From Candidatus Omnitrophica bacterium CG22_combo_CG10-13_8_21_14_all_43_16 (lineage in GTDB: Bacteria > Omnitrophota > Gorgyraeia > Gorgyraeales > Gorgyraeaceae), in contig PCTH01000078.1 of the NCBI GenBank assembly GCA_002771475.1, positions 1-51,536 on the forward strand: a stretch of 51,536 nt of DNA. The letters are read 5' to 3'. Below, piece by piece: positions 1 to 9,200 of the stretch. Numbering within the stretch: the first letter of the stretch is position 1; every line of letters starts with the position of its first letter. The notes beneath the pieces are model-generated. The model did not search any database and was not told the DNA's origin. It saw only the letters and a list, made by a program, of their open reading frames with translations. The position numbers were made by a program, and so were the translations under genes.

Positions 1-744
1 TATGGATTTTTCGATCAATTGCGCCTCCAGCAAAGGCTCGCCTTCGCAGCCCTGGCCAAAACTAAAAACCGCATTTTTCACATTATGCGCATGATACAAA
101 GCTACCTCTGCGACTTCTTCGGGAGAAGGCGTAAATTTTATCCTGGGCTGGGTCTCCAGCGAGATGCACCCTGCGCAATTGGCATTGCAGGAAGGAGATG
201 TAGGCAAGGGGCATTCTTCCCTGGATAAGAAAAAATTCTGGCCGCCGGGACAACCGTAAACCAGGGCGCAATCCGAAAGATGCCTTATAAGCCTGTTAGC
301 GGGGAACATTTTTTTTATCTTTATTGTATTTTTTATGACGGTATCGATATTTATAAATTTCGGGTCATGCCTGGAGGACTTATCAACCCTTATTGCCGCA
401 ACATAGATACCGCCTTTATAAAAACCGGCCAGGGTATAACAGTAAAACGGCAGTGCTTTTGGATTATTAATCTCTTTGAAAGCCGGGCTGTAGGTGCCTG
501 TAAAAGCAGGCGCTATAAACGCGGCCACTGCGAAATAATTTTCCAGTGCCTTGAATTTTCCGCTGTCCCCGTCATACCCCACAGGCATTCTTCCGGGAAG
601 CATAAAAAGCCTGCTGGCATAAGGCATCTTAATAAATTCTTCGCCGTGAGGCCTGAAAAAACAACCAGCCTTCATGCCCGCGGCTTCCAGCTCCGGGATG
701 TCAAATATTTTGCCTGATTTATCCGATACGAGTAAGCGAAACAC
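1..744 (-). CDS. radical SAM protein, N-terminal part (3' end runs off the left edge of the window)
   Basis: Not in the ORF track because it starts at GTG 744, just after an in-frame TAA. My reverse-strand translation is open for all 248 codons: VFRLLVSDKSGKIFDIPELEAAGMKAGCFF...SPSCNANCAGCISLE...SFGQGCEGEPLLEAQLIEKSI. CNANCAGC is a CxxxCxxC radical-SAM cluster motif and GQGCEGEPL looks like the SAM-binding motif. This call replaces the short ORFs 19-228(+), 83-271(-) and 280-717(+). Confidence 0.7.
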   Translation of the reverse strand, partial: MFRLLVSDKSGKIFDIPELEAAGMKAGCFFRPHGEEFIKMPYASRLFMLPGRMPVGYDGDSGKFKALENYFAVAAFIAPAFTGTYSPAFKEINNPKALPFYCYTLAGFYKGGIYVAAIRVDKSSRHDPKFINIDTVIKNTIKIKKMFPANRLIRHLSDCALVYGCPGGQNFFLSREECPLPTSPSCNANCAGCISLETQPRIKFTPSPEEVAEVALYHAHNVKNAVFSFGQGCEGEPLLEAQLIEKSI

Positions 745-745
745 G

Positions 746-994
746 CTATTTTAAAGCGAGGTCTTTGCCCAATTCTTTGATTGTGTAGGCGCGGGTTAAC
801 TTGCCTTGCGTATTGTATTTATATACCCTGGCATCGTCCCTGTCAAAAAAATACAGGTTAGAGCTGTCTCCGGAAAAATAAACGTTTTGAGGTATGCCCG
901 TCTGGCATGCGCCTTTTTTCAACCCGATTGAAAAAATTATCCAGGCGCACAAAAATCCTATAAAAAATATAAATACCCTCTTCAGAATAACCAT
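746..994 (-). CDS. small exported or membrane-anchored hypothetical protein
   Basis: 82-aa ORF with an N-terminal hydrophobic segment VFIFFIGFLCAWIIFSIGL. Its stop (746-748) abuts the GTG start of the radical SAM gene. No family recognised. Confidence 0.45.
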   Translation of the reverse strand: MVILKRVFIFFIGFLCAWIIFSIGLKKGACQTGIPQNVYFSGDSSNLYFFDRDDARVYKYNTQGKLTRAYTIKELGKDLALK

Positions 995-1006
995 ATCCCT
1001 CCTTGT

Positions 1007-2008
1007 TTAACTCAATGCCTGGCAGGAGCTTCTTTCCACCAGCTCCGTAGAAAGCACTATTCTTTTATTAGACCTTATTTTCTTCTGAATGATCTGGTTA
1101 AGCGTCTGCGTGGCAACCAAGGCCATTTTATGCAAAGGCTGCCTTATGGTAGTAAGGGGCACAGGGCTGTAACTCAATGCCAGTGGATTATCATCAAAGC
1201 CTATAATTGACATATCTCCTGGAACACTAACCCCGTTTTCCAGACATACCTGTATAGCCCCGACAGCCATTTCATCACTTGCCGCAAATATTGCTGTAGG
1301 CGGGACTTTCATTCTTATAAGATCTTTTGTCAGTATCCTGGCGGATTCCCTTCCGAAATCCCCGTATTTTATATAATCTTTTTTCTTGTCGATTTTGTGT
1401 TTTTCCAGAGCTGTCAAATAACCCTTGAACCTGTCTATTGCCACTTGCGTTTTCAGCGCGCCTGTAATAGTGGCAATTCTGGAATGCCCCAATTTTATAA
1501 GATACTCAACCGCATCTAGCCCTGCATTAAAATTATCTATCGATATGCATGATACAGGCAGATCTTTGGTGTTATAGTTCATTATAACGCACGGAAGCCC
1601 TGCCTCCACCACCCCGTCAACCTGATCCTCGTTGCCTATAATATCAGAAAATATCACTCCCTGCACGTTGGAGATATTTAAAAATGAGTCTCCATTGGTT
1701 ATGTGCAGCAATAAATCCATCTTCATCCGCTCCACACTAACCCCTACGCCCTGTAATATCTGAAGGGCGTAAAATGAATGGAATATATTTGTGTACCTGG
1801 GAATAACAAGACCTATTATGTTGTTGCTGCGCTTGGAAGCCAGGCGCTGGGCGCTCATATTAGGCCTGAATTTCAATTTTTTGATAGCCAGATCCACCTT
1901 ATCCCTGTTATATTTTTTTACAGAACCTAATTTATTTACAACCCTCGAAACAGTTGCTATCGATACGCCGGCCTCTCGCGCCACGTCTTTAATATTTTTT
2001 ACGCTCAT
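1007..2008 (-). CDS. LacI family transcriptional regulator
   Basis: The N-terminal HTH IKDVAREAGVSIATVSRVVN is the LacI signature and is followed by a periplasmic-binding-protein-like sugar-binding fold. The start overlaps the upstream secretin stop by 4 nt. Confidence 0.9.
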   Translation of the reverse strand: MSVKNIKDVAREAGVSIATVSRVVNKLGSVKKYNRDKVDLAIKKLKFRPNMSAQRLASKRSNNIIGLVIPRYTNIFHSFYALQILQGVGVSVERMKMDLLLHITNGDSFLNISNVQGVIFSDIIGNEDQVDGVVEAGLPCVIMNYNTKDLPVSCISIDNFNAGLDAVEYLIKLGHSRIATITGALKTQVAIDRFKGYLTALEKHKIDKKKDYIKYGDFGRESARILTKDLIRMKVPPTAIFAASDEMAVGAIQVCLENGVSVPGDMSIIGFDDNPLALSYSPVPLTTIRQPLHKMALVATQTLNQIIQKKIRSNKRIVLSTELVERSSCQALS

Positions 2009-3528
2009 TTTAACATCTCTCCTTCCGGGCTTAAGATAGTAGCCGTTACAAATATCAGAAGATTTTTTCTTACGGTAGAGTCAGAATCTTTTCTGAAAAG
2101 CATGCCAAGTATCGGCAGATCCCCTAAAAACGGCGTCTTTGTCCTGGTGTTAGTCCTGGATTCTTTTATGAGACCTCCCAGAACTATAGTATCGCCATTC
2201 TGCACGGCTATATTCGTGCTAAGGTTTCTGGTGGTAAACTTGGGCAGCTTAACTTCTCCGCTATATTCAAACGCATTAGCCGTGGCCTCGCTCACTTCCG
2301 GATTCAGCGTCAGGGCTATGGTCTCTTTATCCTTGCCTACGCTGGGAGTCACATGCAACAGGATTCCTACAGACCTTGTCTCAAAACCCTGGGGCACATT
2401 TACAAAACGGGTCTCTTTTATGCCGCTTACTGTATCCAAAAAATCCCCGTCTGAGTTTAAATCCTCTTTTATAAGGGTCGGCTCATACCGGGAGGGGTAT
2501 ACAAATTCATCCGCTATCTCTATTGTAGCTGTCTGGTTATTCAATGTAGTTATCTTAGGCGCGGAAAGCGTTTTAAGGTTTGTCTTTTTATCAAGCGCAT
2601 GCAGCACCGCGGAAAACTGCGGCTTTGTCAATACACCCTGATAAGTAAGATTCAACCCTTCATCAGGCGAACCTGTAAATGTTGAAAATTTTGAGCCGCT
2701 TGCAGAACCTATCTGGGTAATTGCCCCGTTCTCAGTCCCAGCGACTGTTTGTTTATTTATAGCCCATGGACTATCCAGGGACAGATTAACGCCTAATTCA
2801 CTGAGATCTGTCACGTTCACTTCTATAAACCTCGCCTCCACCAGGATCTGGGTGGCATCTATATCCAAATTATATAATATATCTTCAATAATCTTAAGAT
2901 TCGAGGGCGAATTCGTCACTATAAGAGCTCCTGTGCGCTCATCCAGATTGATTTTGGAATCAGAAGGCCATATTACAGCGTTTTCAAGTATATCCTTTAT
3001 AGTTTTTATCTTTGATATTGCCGAGCCTCCGCCCATGCTGCCCCTTGCTCCGCCTGTCGTCCCGCTGAACTCAGTAAACATGGCAAGCCCCTGGTCCAGA
3101 AAATACATCCTGGTCTCAGGCGTTTCATTGTCCATGTTATCCACGGTATCCACCCATACGGCATTTTTCTCAATCCTGTATATAAGTCCCTGGTTTCTGA
3201 AAACATATTTCAGAAGGCTCTCCAGAGGCATGTCCTTGACCTTTATGGTAACCTTTTTTTCCGAAAGCTTGACTCCGCTGCCAGGGATTATATTAACATC
3301 CGTGGCCTCTGATAAAAAATCTATAACGTAATCAAGGCCCACGTCCATAAAATCTACGGTTATGAGCATCTTTAGCTTTTTTCTTATCTCGGGTATATCC
3401 ACAACGGCGGAATCCTTTCCCATGCTATCGTCTCCCTTGACAGACTTCATCTCATAGGCAAATGAAACCTCGGGGCTTAAAAATAAAACTATACATAATA
3501 ATATGCGTATCAAAAAGCTCATTATCAT
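2005..3528 (-). CDS. secretin (PilQ/GspD family), short paralog
   Basis: Signal peptide MIMSFLIRILLCIVLFLSPEVSFA. C-terminal secretin signature GDTIVLGGLIKESRTNTRTKTPFLGDLPILGMLFRKDSDSTVRKNLLIFVTATIL. Confidence 0.85.
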   Translation of the reverse strand: MIMSFLIRILLCIVLFLSPEVSFAYEMKSVKGDDSMGKDSAVVDIPEIRKKLKMLITVDFMDVGLDYVIDFLSEATDVNIIPGSGVKLSEKKVTIKVKDMPLESLLKYVFRNQGLIYRIEKNAVWVDTVDNMDNETPETRMYFLDQGLAMFTEFSGTTGGARGSMGGGSAISKIKTIKDILENAVIWPSDSKINLDERTGALIVTNSPSNLKIIEDILYNLDIDATQILVEARFIEVNVTDLSELGVNLSLDSPWAINKQTVAGTENGAITQIGSASGSKFSTFTGSPDEGLNLTYQGVLTKPQFSAVLHALDKKTNLKTLSAPKITTLNNQTATIEIADEFVYPSRYEPTLIKEDLNSDGDFLDTVSGIKETRFVNVPQGFETRSVGILLHVTPSVGKDKETIALTLNPEVSEATANAFEYSGEVKLPKFTTRNLSTNIAVQNGDTIVLGGLIKESRTNTRTKTPFLGDLPILGMLFRKDSDSTVRKNLLIFVTATILSPEGEMLK

Positions 3529-3532
3529 TTTA

Positions 3533-6037
3533 TTATTTTAAAGACCTTTCTCCTGCAGCATCGGTGCTTGCGACTTTATCTTTTTCTTTGCCCATCACAG
3601 TAGCGGTAACAAATATTAAAAGATTCCTTCTCTCTTTGGAATCCGTACTCTTCCTGAACAAGCCGCCTACAAAAGGGATATTGCCCAAAACAGGCACTTT
3701 TGTTTTTACATTCGTATTTGTTTCTTTTATAAGCCCGCCGAGCACTATCGTTTCCCCGTCTTTAACCACCACGCTGGTGCTGAGATTCCTGGTGGTAAAA
3801 TTAGGAATGCTGACGTTTCCTGAATACGTGAAAGACCCCGCGTCTTCGCTGACTTCCGGCGTCAGCGCAAGCGTAATGCTCTTCCCGTCAACCCCCACAC
3901 TCGGCTTGACATGTAAAAGTATACCCACGTTCCTGGTCACGAAATCCTGGGGAACATTCACCCATTCTGTTTCTCCGGCGTCGTCAAAATCCCCGTCGCC
4001 GTTTATGTCATACTGAACAAGGCTTGCCTCGTATCTTGTAGGATATATATATTCATCCACAACCTCTATGGTGGCTGTCTGGTTATTCAGGGTTGTTATC
4101 CTTGGGGCTGATAACGTCTTCACATTTTGTTTTTCCTGAAGCGCATGCATGACTGCCTGAAACTGCGGATTGCTCAATATGCCCTGATATGTAAGGTTAA
4201 ATCCTTCGTCTGAACGGCTGAAATCAGAAAAATTCACCCCGCTGTTCTGACTGACTCCGTACACGTTATTGCCGGCCCTGTTTTTATCCATAGCCCACAT
4301 GCCATTCAGTTTCCATTCCACCCCAAAGTCATCCAGATCGCTCACCTTGACTTCCAAAAACCTGGCTTCAATCAAAACCTGCATCGGGGTTATATCAAGG
4401 TTATATAAAAGATTCTCTATGGTTTCCAGGTTTGTTGGCGTGTTGCTTATAATAAGCGCGCCGGTACGCTCATCCAGCGTCAACTTTGAATCCTTGGGCC
4501 ATTCAACGGCATTCTCAAGAATATCTTTGACAGTCTTCACTTCTGAAGAAGAGCTGGCTGCGTTGGATTGACTTTCGCTCCTGTTTCCGCCTGAAGAAGA
4601 GGATTGAGTCGTGAATTCTGCGAATCTTCCTATGCCCTGGTTTAAAAAATAAACCCTTGTATCTATTTTTTCGTTAGAAATCTCTTCCTTTGTAGCCACC
4701 CAGACAGCGTCTTCTTCTATCCTGTAAACCAGATCCTGGGATTTCAATATATACCTTAATGCCTCTTCGAGAGGCATATTTTTTATCCTCATAGTCACCT
4801 TTCTCTCAGCCATATCTATCTCTGTGGAAAAAATCATGTTCACGCCTGTGGTATCTGACAAAAAGCCCAAGACATAATCCAGGCTGACGTCTTTAAAATC
4901 AATGCTTATGGGGATCTTGAGCCTCTTTCTTATTTCAGGCACTTTCACTATGGGAATTATCTTTTTTTCATTCTCCAGCTTAGCTGTTTTTTCTTCCGGA
5001 ATAATGTGTTTCTCTGCCACGTCCAGCATCATCTTTTCTTCCGTCAATTCCCTGGCTTTTTTCAAAGCAGCCTCTTCCACTTTCAGTTTCTGCATATCTA
5101 TATAATGCACGAGGTCTTTAAATTTCTCATTTTCAGGGAACTCCTGCATTGCTTTATTGACCAGGACCTCGGCTTCTTCAAATCTTTTTTCCCTTATATT
5201 TCCTATTATACTGTCCATAGACTCTGCCAGGGCCCTGACCCTGTCTCTGGCTTCCTTGGCTTTCAATCTCTGCTCGAATATGACCCTGAGCGTTTCTTTC
5301 TGTTTTTCTTTTCTGGCCAGTTCTACTCTATTGAGTTCCGCATCTCTTTCCATCTCTGCCCTGGCGCGTTTCGCCTCTTCCATCTTAACCAAAAGTATCT
5401 TTTCTTCAGTTTTCTTCATCGCCTGCTGCATATCCCGGATATAAGAATCTGCCTGGCTGGAAAGCTGGCTGCCGGGGGCCATTTCCTTTACCTTCTTAAA
5501 CTCCACTATGCTTGAAGGATAATCCTTGGACCTGTAATATGCCACAGCCCTGCCAAATGCAGATTTTATACTCTGCTCTTTTTCGTACAATTCTTTTTTC
5601 TTTGAATCCAGCATTAACTTTTTCTTTTGCTCGACTTCCTGGGCAATCTTCTCGCTTTCTTTCCTTGCAAGCGCCTCTGCCTCCCCCACCACATCCTTTT
5701 TAATCCTCTCCCATTTCTTCTCTTCCATAATCATAAGTTCTGTCATGCGCGCTCTTGATTTTTCAATATATATTTCCGCAAAAGGCGTAAAATACGCCTG
5801 ATTGCCCTCTTTTTCCACATCAATCAATTTTTCAAATATTATAATGGCTTCCCTGTATTTGCCTGACTCGAATAGGGACATGGCCTCTTCAAAATATTTC
5901 CTGAGATTCACTTTTGATGCTACAACGGTTTTCGCGGAATAATCCACTGACGCAAATACGCCGGAAGGCAGACACTCCAGCATCATAAATGCCGCCATTA
6001 TCAATGATATATAATATAATCCTTTATTTCTTCCCAT
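3533..6037 (-). CDS. secretin (PilQ/GspD family) with N-terminal TPR/coiled-coil extension
   Basis: 834 aa with a signal peptide. A ~330-aa extension carries TPR-like helices (SGKYREAIIIFEKLI, AVAYYRSKDYPSSIVEFKK) and an E/K-rich coiled coil. C-terminal signature GETIVLGGLIKETNTNVKTKVPVLGNIPFVGGLFRKSTDSKERRNLLIFVTATVM. Clear paralog of 2005-3528. Confidence 0.85.
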   Translation of the reverse strand: MGRNKGLYYISLIMAAFMMLECLPSGVFASVDYSAKTVVASKVNLRKYFEEAMSLFESGKYREAIIIFEKLIDVEKEGNQAYFTPFAEIYIEKSRARMTELMIMEEKKWERIKKDVVGEAEALARKESEKIAQEVEQKKKLMLDSKKKELYEKEQSIKSAFGRAVAYYRSKDYPSSIVEFKKVKEMAPGSQLSSQADSYIRDMQQAMKKTEEKILLVKMEEAKRARAEMERDAELNRVELARKEKQKETLRVIFEQRLKAKEARDRVRALAESMDSIIGNIREKRFEEAEVLVNKAMQEFPENEKFKDLVHYIDMQKLKVEEAALKKARELTEEKMMLDVAEKHIIPEEKTAKLENEKKIIPIVKVPEIRKRLKIPISIDFKDVSLDYVLGFLSDTTGVNMIFSTEIDMAERKVTMRIKNMPLEEALRYILKSQDLVYRIEEDAVWVATKEEISNEKIDTRVYFLNQGIGRFAEFTTQSSSSGGNRSESQSNAASSSSEVKTVKDILENAVEWPKDSKLTLDERTGALIISNTPTNLETIENLLYNLDITPMQVLIEARFLEVKVSDLDDFGVEWKLNGMWAMDKNRAGNNVYGVSQNSGVNFSDFSRSDEGFNLTYQGILSNPQFQAVMHALQEKQNVKTLSAPRITTLNNQTATIEVVDEYIYPTRYEASLVQYDINGDGDFDDAGETEWVNVPQDFVTRNVGILLHVKPSVGVDGKSITLALTPEVSEDAGSFTYSGNVSIPNFTTRNLSTSVVVKDGETIVLGGLIKETNTNVKTKVPVLGNIPFVGGLFRKSTDSKERRNLLIFVTATVMGKEKDKVASTDAAGERSLK

Positions 6038-6593
6038 CTAAATCCTCTGCGCCTTCGGCTTTAGTTTCTTTCTTCTCTTCTTTAGCAGTGGGAATAACAA
6101 TTTCTTCTCCGCTGTTTTTCCTGAGAAGTATTTCTTTGTCGCCGATAGCAACAACTACAAATTCCCCTGCGGAGTCACCTTCTTTAACAGAAAAACTTTT
6201 TCCTGTGTTTTGGTCTTCTATAATAACTATAACCCTGACACCCAGCGTCATCCTGCCCTTGTAAACAAATAAAGGCCTCTTTGGTTCTTCCTTCAAAGGG
6301 ACAACATCTCTTTTGATTTCCTCTTTCACTTCAGAAACAGGCCTGGAAAAAATATCCCTTTCCGCTAAGAGAGGATAGTCTTCTATTGTTTCCTGTTTCT
6401 TCAACCCGTCAATATCCCAGCTATCCCCGGCTGCCTTTTTTTTGGCCTTTGCTTTTTCAGTTACGGACTCAATATCCTTTAAAAACTCGCCTGTTGATTT
6501 CTTTTTAGTCTCCTGCGTTTTTATACCTATTACCAGAGTAGCTATCAATACGGGCAAAAGCGCCAGAAATATAATCTTTTCTTTTGTAATCAT
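6024..6593 (-). CDS. PilP/GspC-like secretin-coupling protein (tentative)
   Basis: Single N-terminal TM helix (IIFLALLPVLIATLVIGI), a charged linker, then a small C-terminal beta domain (PLFVYKGRMTLGVRVIVIIEDQNTGKSFSVKEGDSAGEFVVVAIG). It sits between the PilO-like gene and the secretins. Its ATGA start overlaps the upstream gene. Confidence 0.4.
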   Translation of the reverse strand: MITKEKIIFLALLPVLIATLVIGIKTQETKKKSTGEFLKDIESVTEKAKAKKKAAGDSWDIDGLKKQETIEDYPLLAERDIFSRPVSEVKEEIKRDVVPLKEEPKRPLFVYKGRMTLGVRVIVIIEDQNTGKSFSVKEGDSAGEFVVVAIGDKEILLRKNSGEEIVIPTAKEEKKETKAEGAEDLDGKK

Positions 6594-7375
6594 TTTTCTT
6601 TCCTCACAACCATAAAACTGCTCAATACCAGACTTATCTCGGCGTCCCCTGAACCGGACTCAATGCTTTTAACGTGTAATTCTTTTACGCTGATCACAGG
6701 GCTGGCATTTTTAAGCGCTAGCAAAAGATTCACAAAAGCGCTTGTTGTTGTTTTTATAGAAATCTGCACTGGCAGTTCAGTATAAAAGAGCTTCTTTGAA
6801 ACAGGCTCTATGTATTCAATGGGCTTGAGCGGCTTCAAGGTATAGATATCCGAGCTATTGCTTTTTAAAAGCTCTCCTACGGCAAACTCTATTATCTCAA
6901 GCTGCCTCAAAAGCAAAGACACCATGCTGTCTTTGGGAAGCCCGTCTCCGAAACCGAGATTCTCCGGAAGCCTTACATTTTTTGCCCCTGCCTCTATTTC
7001 AAATTTCTTTATCGTAGAATGAAGTTTTTCTATAAAATAAAGACCCGCCTCTGAGTTCTTTTCGGAAACCCTAGCTTTCTCCGGATCTGTGAAATTCGCC
7101 AGACTGGAAAATTTATCTTCCAGCAAATCCCTCTCTTTTTCCATCTTAGTAAAACTTTCTTTTGAAGGCACTGCACCCGTAAGCGTGATAAATTTTTTCA
7201 TTTCGCTTATTTTGCGCTCCAGTTCTTCATCCATTATTGAGCGGCCTTCCTTCAAAAAAGGACTGAGGAAAAATATATAAATGCCTGCCAATACAGCAAG
7301 CACTATAAGCCCCTGTTTTAAAATAGTTCTTTCTTTTGCAGTTTTTAACATACTAACTCCCGCTGAGAACAACAT
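6590..7375 (-). CDS. PilO-like pilus assembly protein
   Basis: TM helix (GLIVLAVLAGIYIFFLSPF), then a coiled coil, then a C-terminal ferredoxin-like region (SAFVNLLLALKNASPVISVKELHVKS...AEISLVLSSFMV). It lies directly after PilMN. The alternative start M9 (7351) would remove the overlap with pilMN. Confidence 0.5.
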   Translation of the reverse strand: MLFSAGVSMLKTAKERTILKQGLIVLAVLAGIYIFFLSPFLKEGRSIMDEELERKISEMKKFITLTGAVPSKESFTKMEKERDLLEDKFSSLANFTDPEKARVSEKNSEAGLYFIEKLHSTIKKFEIEAGAKNVRLPENLGFGDGLPKDSMVSLLLRQLEIIEFAVGELLKSNSSDIYTLKPLKPIEYIEPVSKKLFYTELPVQISIKTTTSAFVNLLLALKNASPVISVKELHVKSIESGSGDAEISLVLSSFMVVRKEK

Positions 7376-8876
7376 CCATGGTAATGCTGAATTTAACTAT
7401 CTCTTCCCCCGTATCCTTGTCGTTTTCCACGGAAGACGACACGGGCCGCACATCGCTGAAACTCGGCAATGCCTTAAGGCTCGACACAAAACTATTAACC
7501 GACTGATAGGACAAGGCCTTTCCATTCATGTCCATTCTTCCAAGACTGCTCTTTTCAATCGATATTATCCCTGATAAATCTGTAATCCATATATCCTTGG
7601 GAAGTATCTCTGAAACAGCTTTGAATATACCGAGCCACACAGCCCTGGAAGAAGCTGTCTGGTACAGGGTGTCTATTTTCTCTCTTAAAGCACTTTCCTC
7701 TTCCCGTATCTTCTTTATCTTGGGCTCATAAGCCCTGTATGTCTCCATCATCTCTTCCACCTTATCAAGCTTGATCTTTTTTATATAGTAGTCCTGGCGC
7801 ATAAAAATGGAAAAACTTATAACTATCAGAGCGCCCGTGGCCATTGAAATGCCGGAATAAATACGTTTTTGCATTGAGGATTTCTTTTCCGAAAGAGCTT
7901 CTTTAAGAAAATTCACTTCTATTTTCAGGTCAGCTATCCCCCTCAGCGCAGCGCCCACAACCGTAGAAAACTGATTCTTAGGCCCGCACGCCTGAAGTTT
8001 CTGAAATACATCTTTAGATACCCTTAATTTTCTAAAAGGGTCCATGATATTAGGCTTTATGCCAAGTTTGGAAATAAGCGCAGTTTCTATGTTTTCCATA
8101 ACGCTTCCGCCGCCTGTCAGAAAAAGCTGGGTTAACTTTTTTTCCTGAGGGGCATCTTCTCCGGCCTGCATAAAATAATATTCCAGGGACCTTTCTACCT
8201 CTGTCAGAAATTCCTCTACGCCCTGCTCTTTTGCCTCTTCAATCCTCTCCCCGGCTATAGGAAAACTTCTTATCCATATATTACCTTTATTAAATATAAT
8301 GAAATTGGTGGATTTCGCGCCTATGTCAAGTATGGCCCCAAGGTCCTGGCTGTTAAAGTCCTCGTTGAATGCCATGCAGTTATATACGCTTATGGGCGCG
8401 ACATCTATCAACTCTGTGGACAATTTAACGGAATTCAGCCTGGAAACTATTTCTTCCACCAGGTTTTTCTTTATCGCGACTATGACCGCCCTCCTGGACG
8501 AATCTTTGCCTTCATCCAGAAGAGACCAGTCCCACATGACCTCGTTCATGCTGAAAGGTATCTGGTTCTGCGCTTCGAATTTCATAGTCTGTTTTAATTT
8601 ATCCTCTTTCACCTGAAGGAGCTTTACGAATCTTACAAAAACAGACTGCCCGCTTATCGTTATATTCACGGCATTCGGCTTTATATTATTATCTGATAAT
8701 AATTCAGAGATGAGCTGGCTAATGATTTTATCCCTGTCAATCTTCGAGTCTCTGGGGATTTCTTTTATGCCGATCCTGGTCAGGACAATGCTATCTTTTT
8801 CTTTTTTAAGCTCGACCAGCTTTATAAAATGTGTACCTATATCTAAGGCTATTGAACTTGCCTTTAGCTTGGCCAT
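7353..8876 (-). CDS. fused PilM (actin-like ATPase) - PilN pilus assembly protein
   Basis: N-terminal IALDIGTHFIKLVELKK...FEAQNQIPFSMNEVMWDW is typical PilM. From about residue 330 it reads EVNFLKE...ISMATGALIVISFSIFM (TM)...RAVWLGIFKAVSEILPKDIWITDLSG, which is typical PilN. It is one uninterrupted ORF of 507 aa. Confidence 0.8.
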   Translation of the reverse strand: MAKLKASSIALDIGTHFIKLVELKKEKDSIVLTRIGIKEIPRDSKIDRDKIISQLISELLSDNNIKPNAVNITISGQSVFVRFVKLLQVKEDKLKQTMKFEAQNQIPFSMNEVMWDWSLLDEGKDSSRRAVIVAIKKNLVEEIVSRLNSVKLSTELIDVAPISVYNCMAFNEDFNSQDLGAILDIGAKSTNFIIFNKGNIWIRSFPIAGERIEEAKEQGVEEFLTEVERSLEYYFMQAGEDAPQEKKLTQLFLTGGGSVMENIETALISKLGIKPNIMDPFRKLRVSKDVFQKLQACGPKNQFSTVVGAALRGIADLKIEVNFLKEALSEKKSSMQKRIYSGISMATGALIVISFSIFMRQDYYIKKIKLDKVEEMMETYRAYEPKIKKIREEESALREKIDTLYQTASSRAVWLGIFKAVSEILPKDIWITDLSGIISIEKSSLGRMDMNGKALSYQSVNSFVSSLKALPSFSDVRPVSSSVENDKDTGEEIVKFSITMDVVLSGS

Positions 8877-9062
8877 TTACCTGGTCCTTCCCATTAGAGC
8901 CCTGAGTTTTTTAATATCATCTTCCGTGTATTCCCGCCAGCCATTAAGGGCATTTCTTCTGGCAGCAGGGAACAACCTCTTGTTTTCATATCTTATCAGC
9001 GTCTGCTTGGATATGCCAAGAAGCTGCGCCGCAGTTTCTGCGGAATAATATCTTTCTTTCAT
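8877..9062 (-). CDS. minimal MerR-type HTH DNA-binding protein (DNA-binding domain only)
   Basis: YYSAETAAQLLGISKQTLIRYENKRLFPAARRNALNGWREYTEDDIKKLRAL matches a MerR N-terminal HTH plus wing. I moved the start to ATG 9062 (MKERYY), which has GAGGTGA 5 nt upstream. The track start at 9146 has no SD. Confidence 0.65.
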   Translation of the reverse strand: MKERYYSAETAAQLLGISKQTLIRYENKRLFPAARRNALNGWREYTEDDIKKLRALMGRTR

Positions 9063-9200
9063 ATATGTCACCTCGTTATTTAATAACATGTTTATCCTCT
9101 TAGATGATTCAGGCCGAACTTTTTTTAATTCGGCCTTTACCTTCATATAGACTCAAAAACCCTACCGCAAAAATTATATAGCTTGATAGGGAGTGGTATA

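Noticed and set aside
19-717. Track ORFs 19-228(+), 83-271(-) and 280-717(+).
   Set aside because: They are replaced by one uninterrupted minus-strand frame (1-744) encoding a recognisable radical SAM N-terminal region. That frame was missed by the track because it starts with GTG and runs off the window.
746-994. Small ORF directly upstream of a radical SAM gene, considered as a RiPP precursor/maturase pair.
   Set aside because: The small protein has an N-terminal hydrophobic signal/anchor rather than a leader/core layout and no Cys/Ser-rich core. The radical SAM protein has a large N-terminal domain that I recall from a widely distributed non-RiPP family, and I saw no SPASM-type extra cysteines in the visible part. 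I cannot exclude the RiPP reading, but it is not supported.
2102-5703. Many plus-strand ORFs of 60-184 aa inside the secretin genes (for example 2102-2641, 2852-3331, 3462-4016, 5006-5515).
   Set aside because: They lie antisense to well-supported minus-strand genes. Their sequences are S/L/F/I-rich and low in complexity, with no motifs or SD sites. These are typical shadow ORFs. The same applies to the antisense ORFs at 13726-14232, 21548-21985, 24939-25496, 30587-31282, 35676-36110, 43528-43959 and 44948-45652.
9063-9146. Longer 89-aa form of the MerR-like protein.
   Set aside because: There is no SD at 9146. The internal ATG at 9062 has GAGGTGA upstream and yields the usual spacing before the HTH. 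The extra region contains an 8-bp hairpin, which fits better with a leader.
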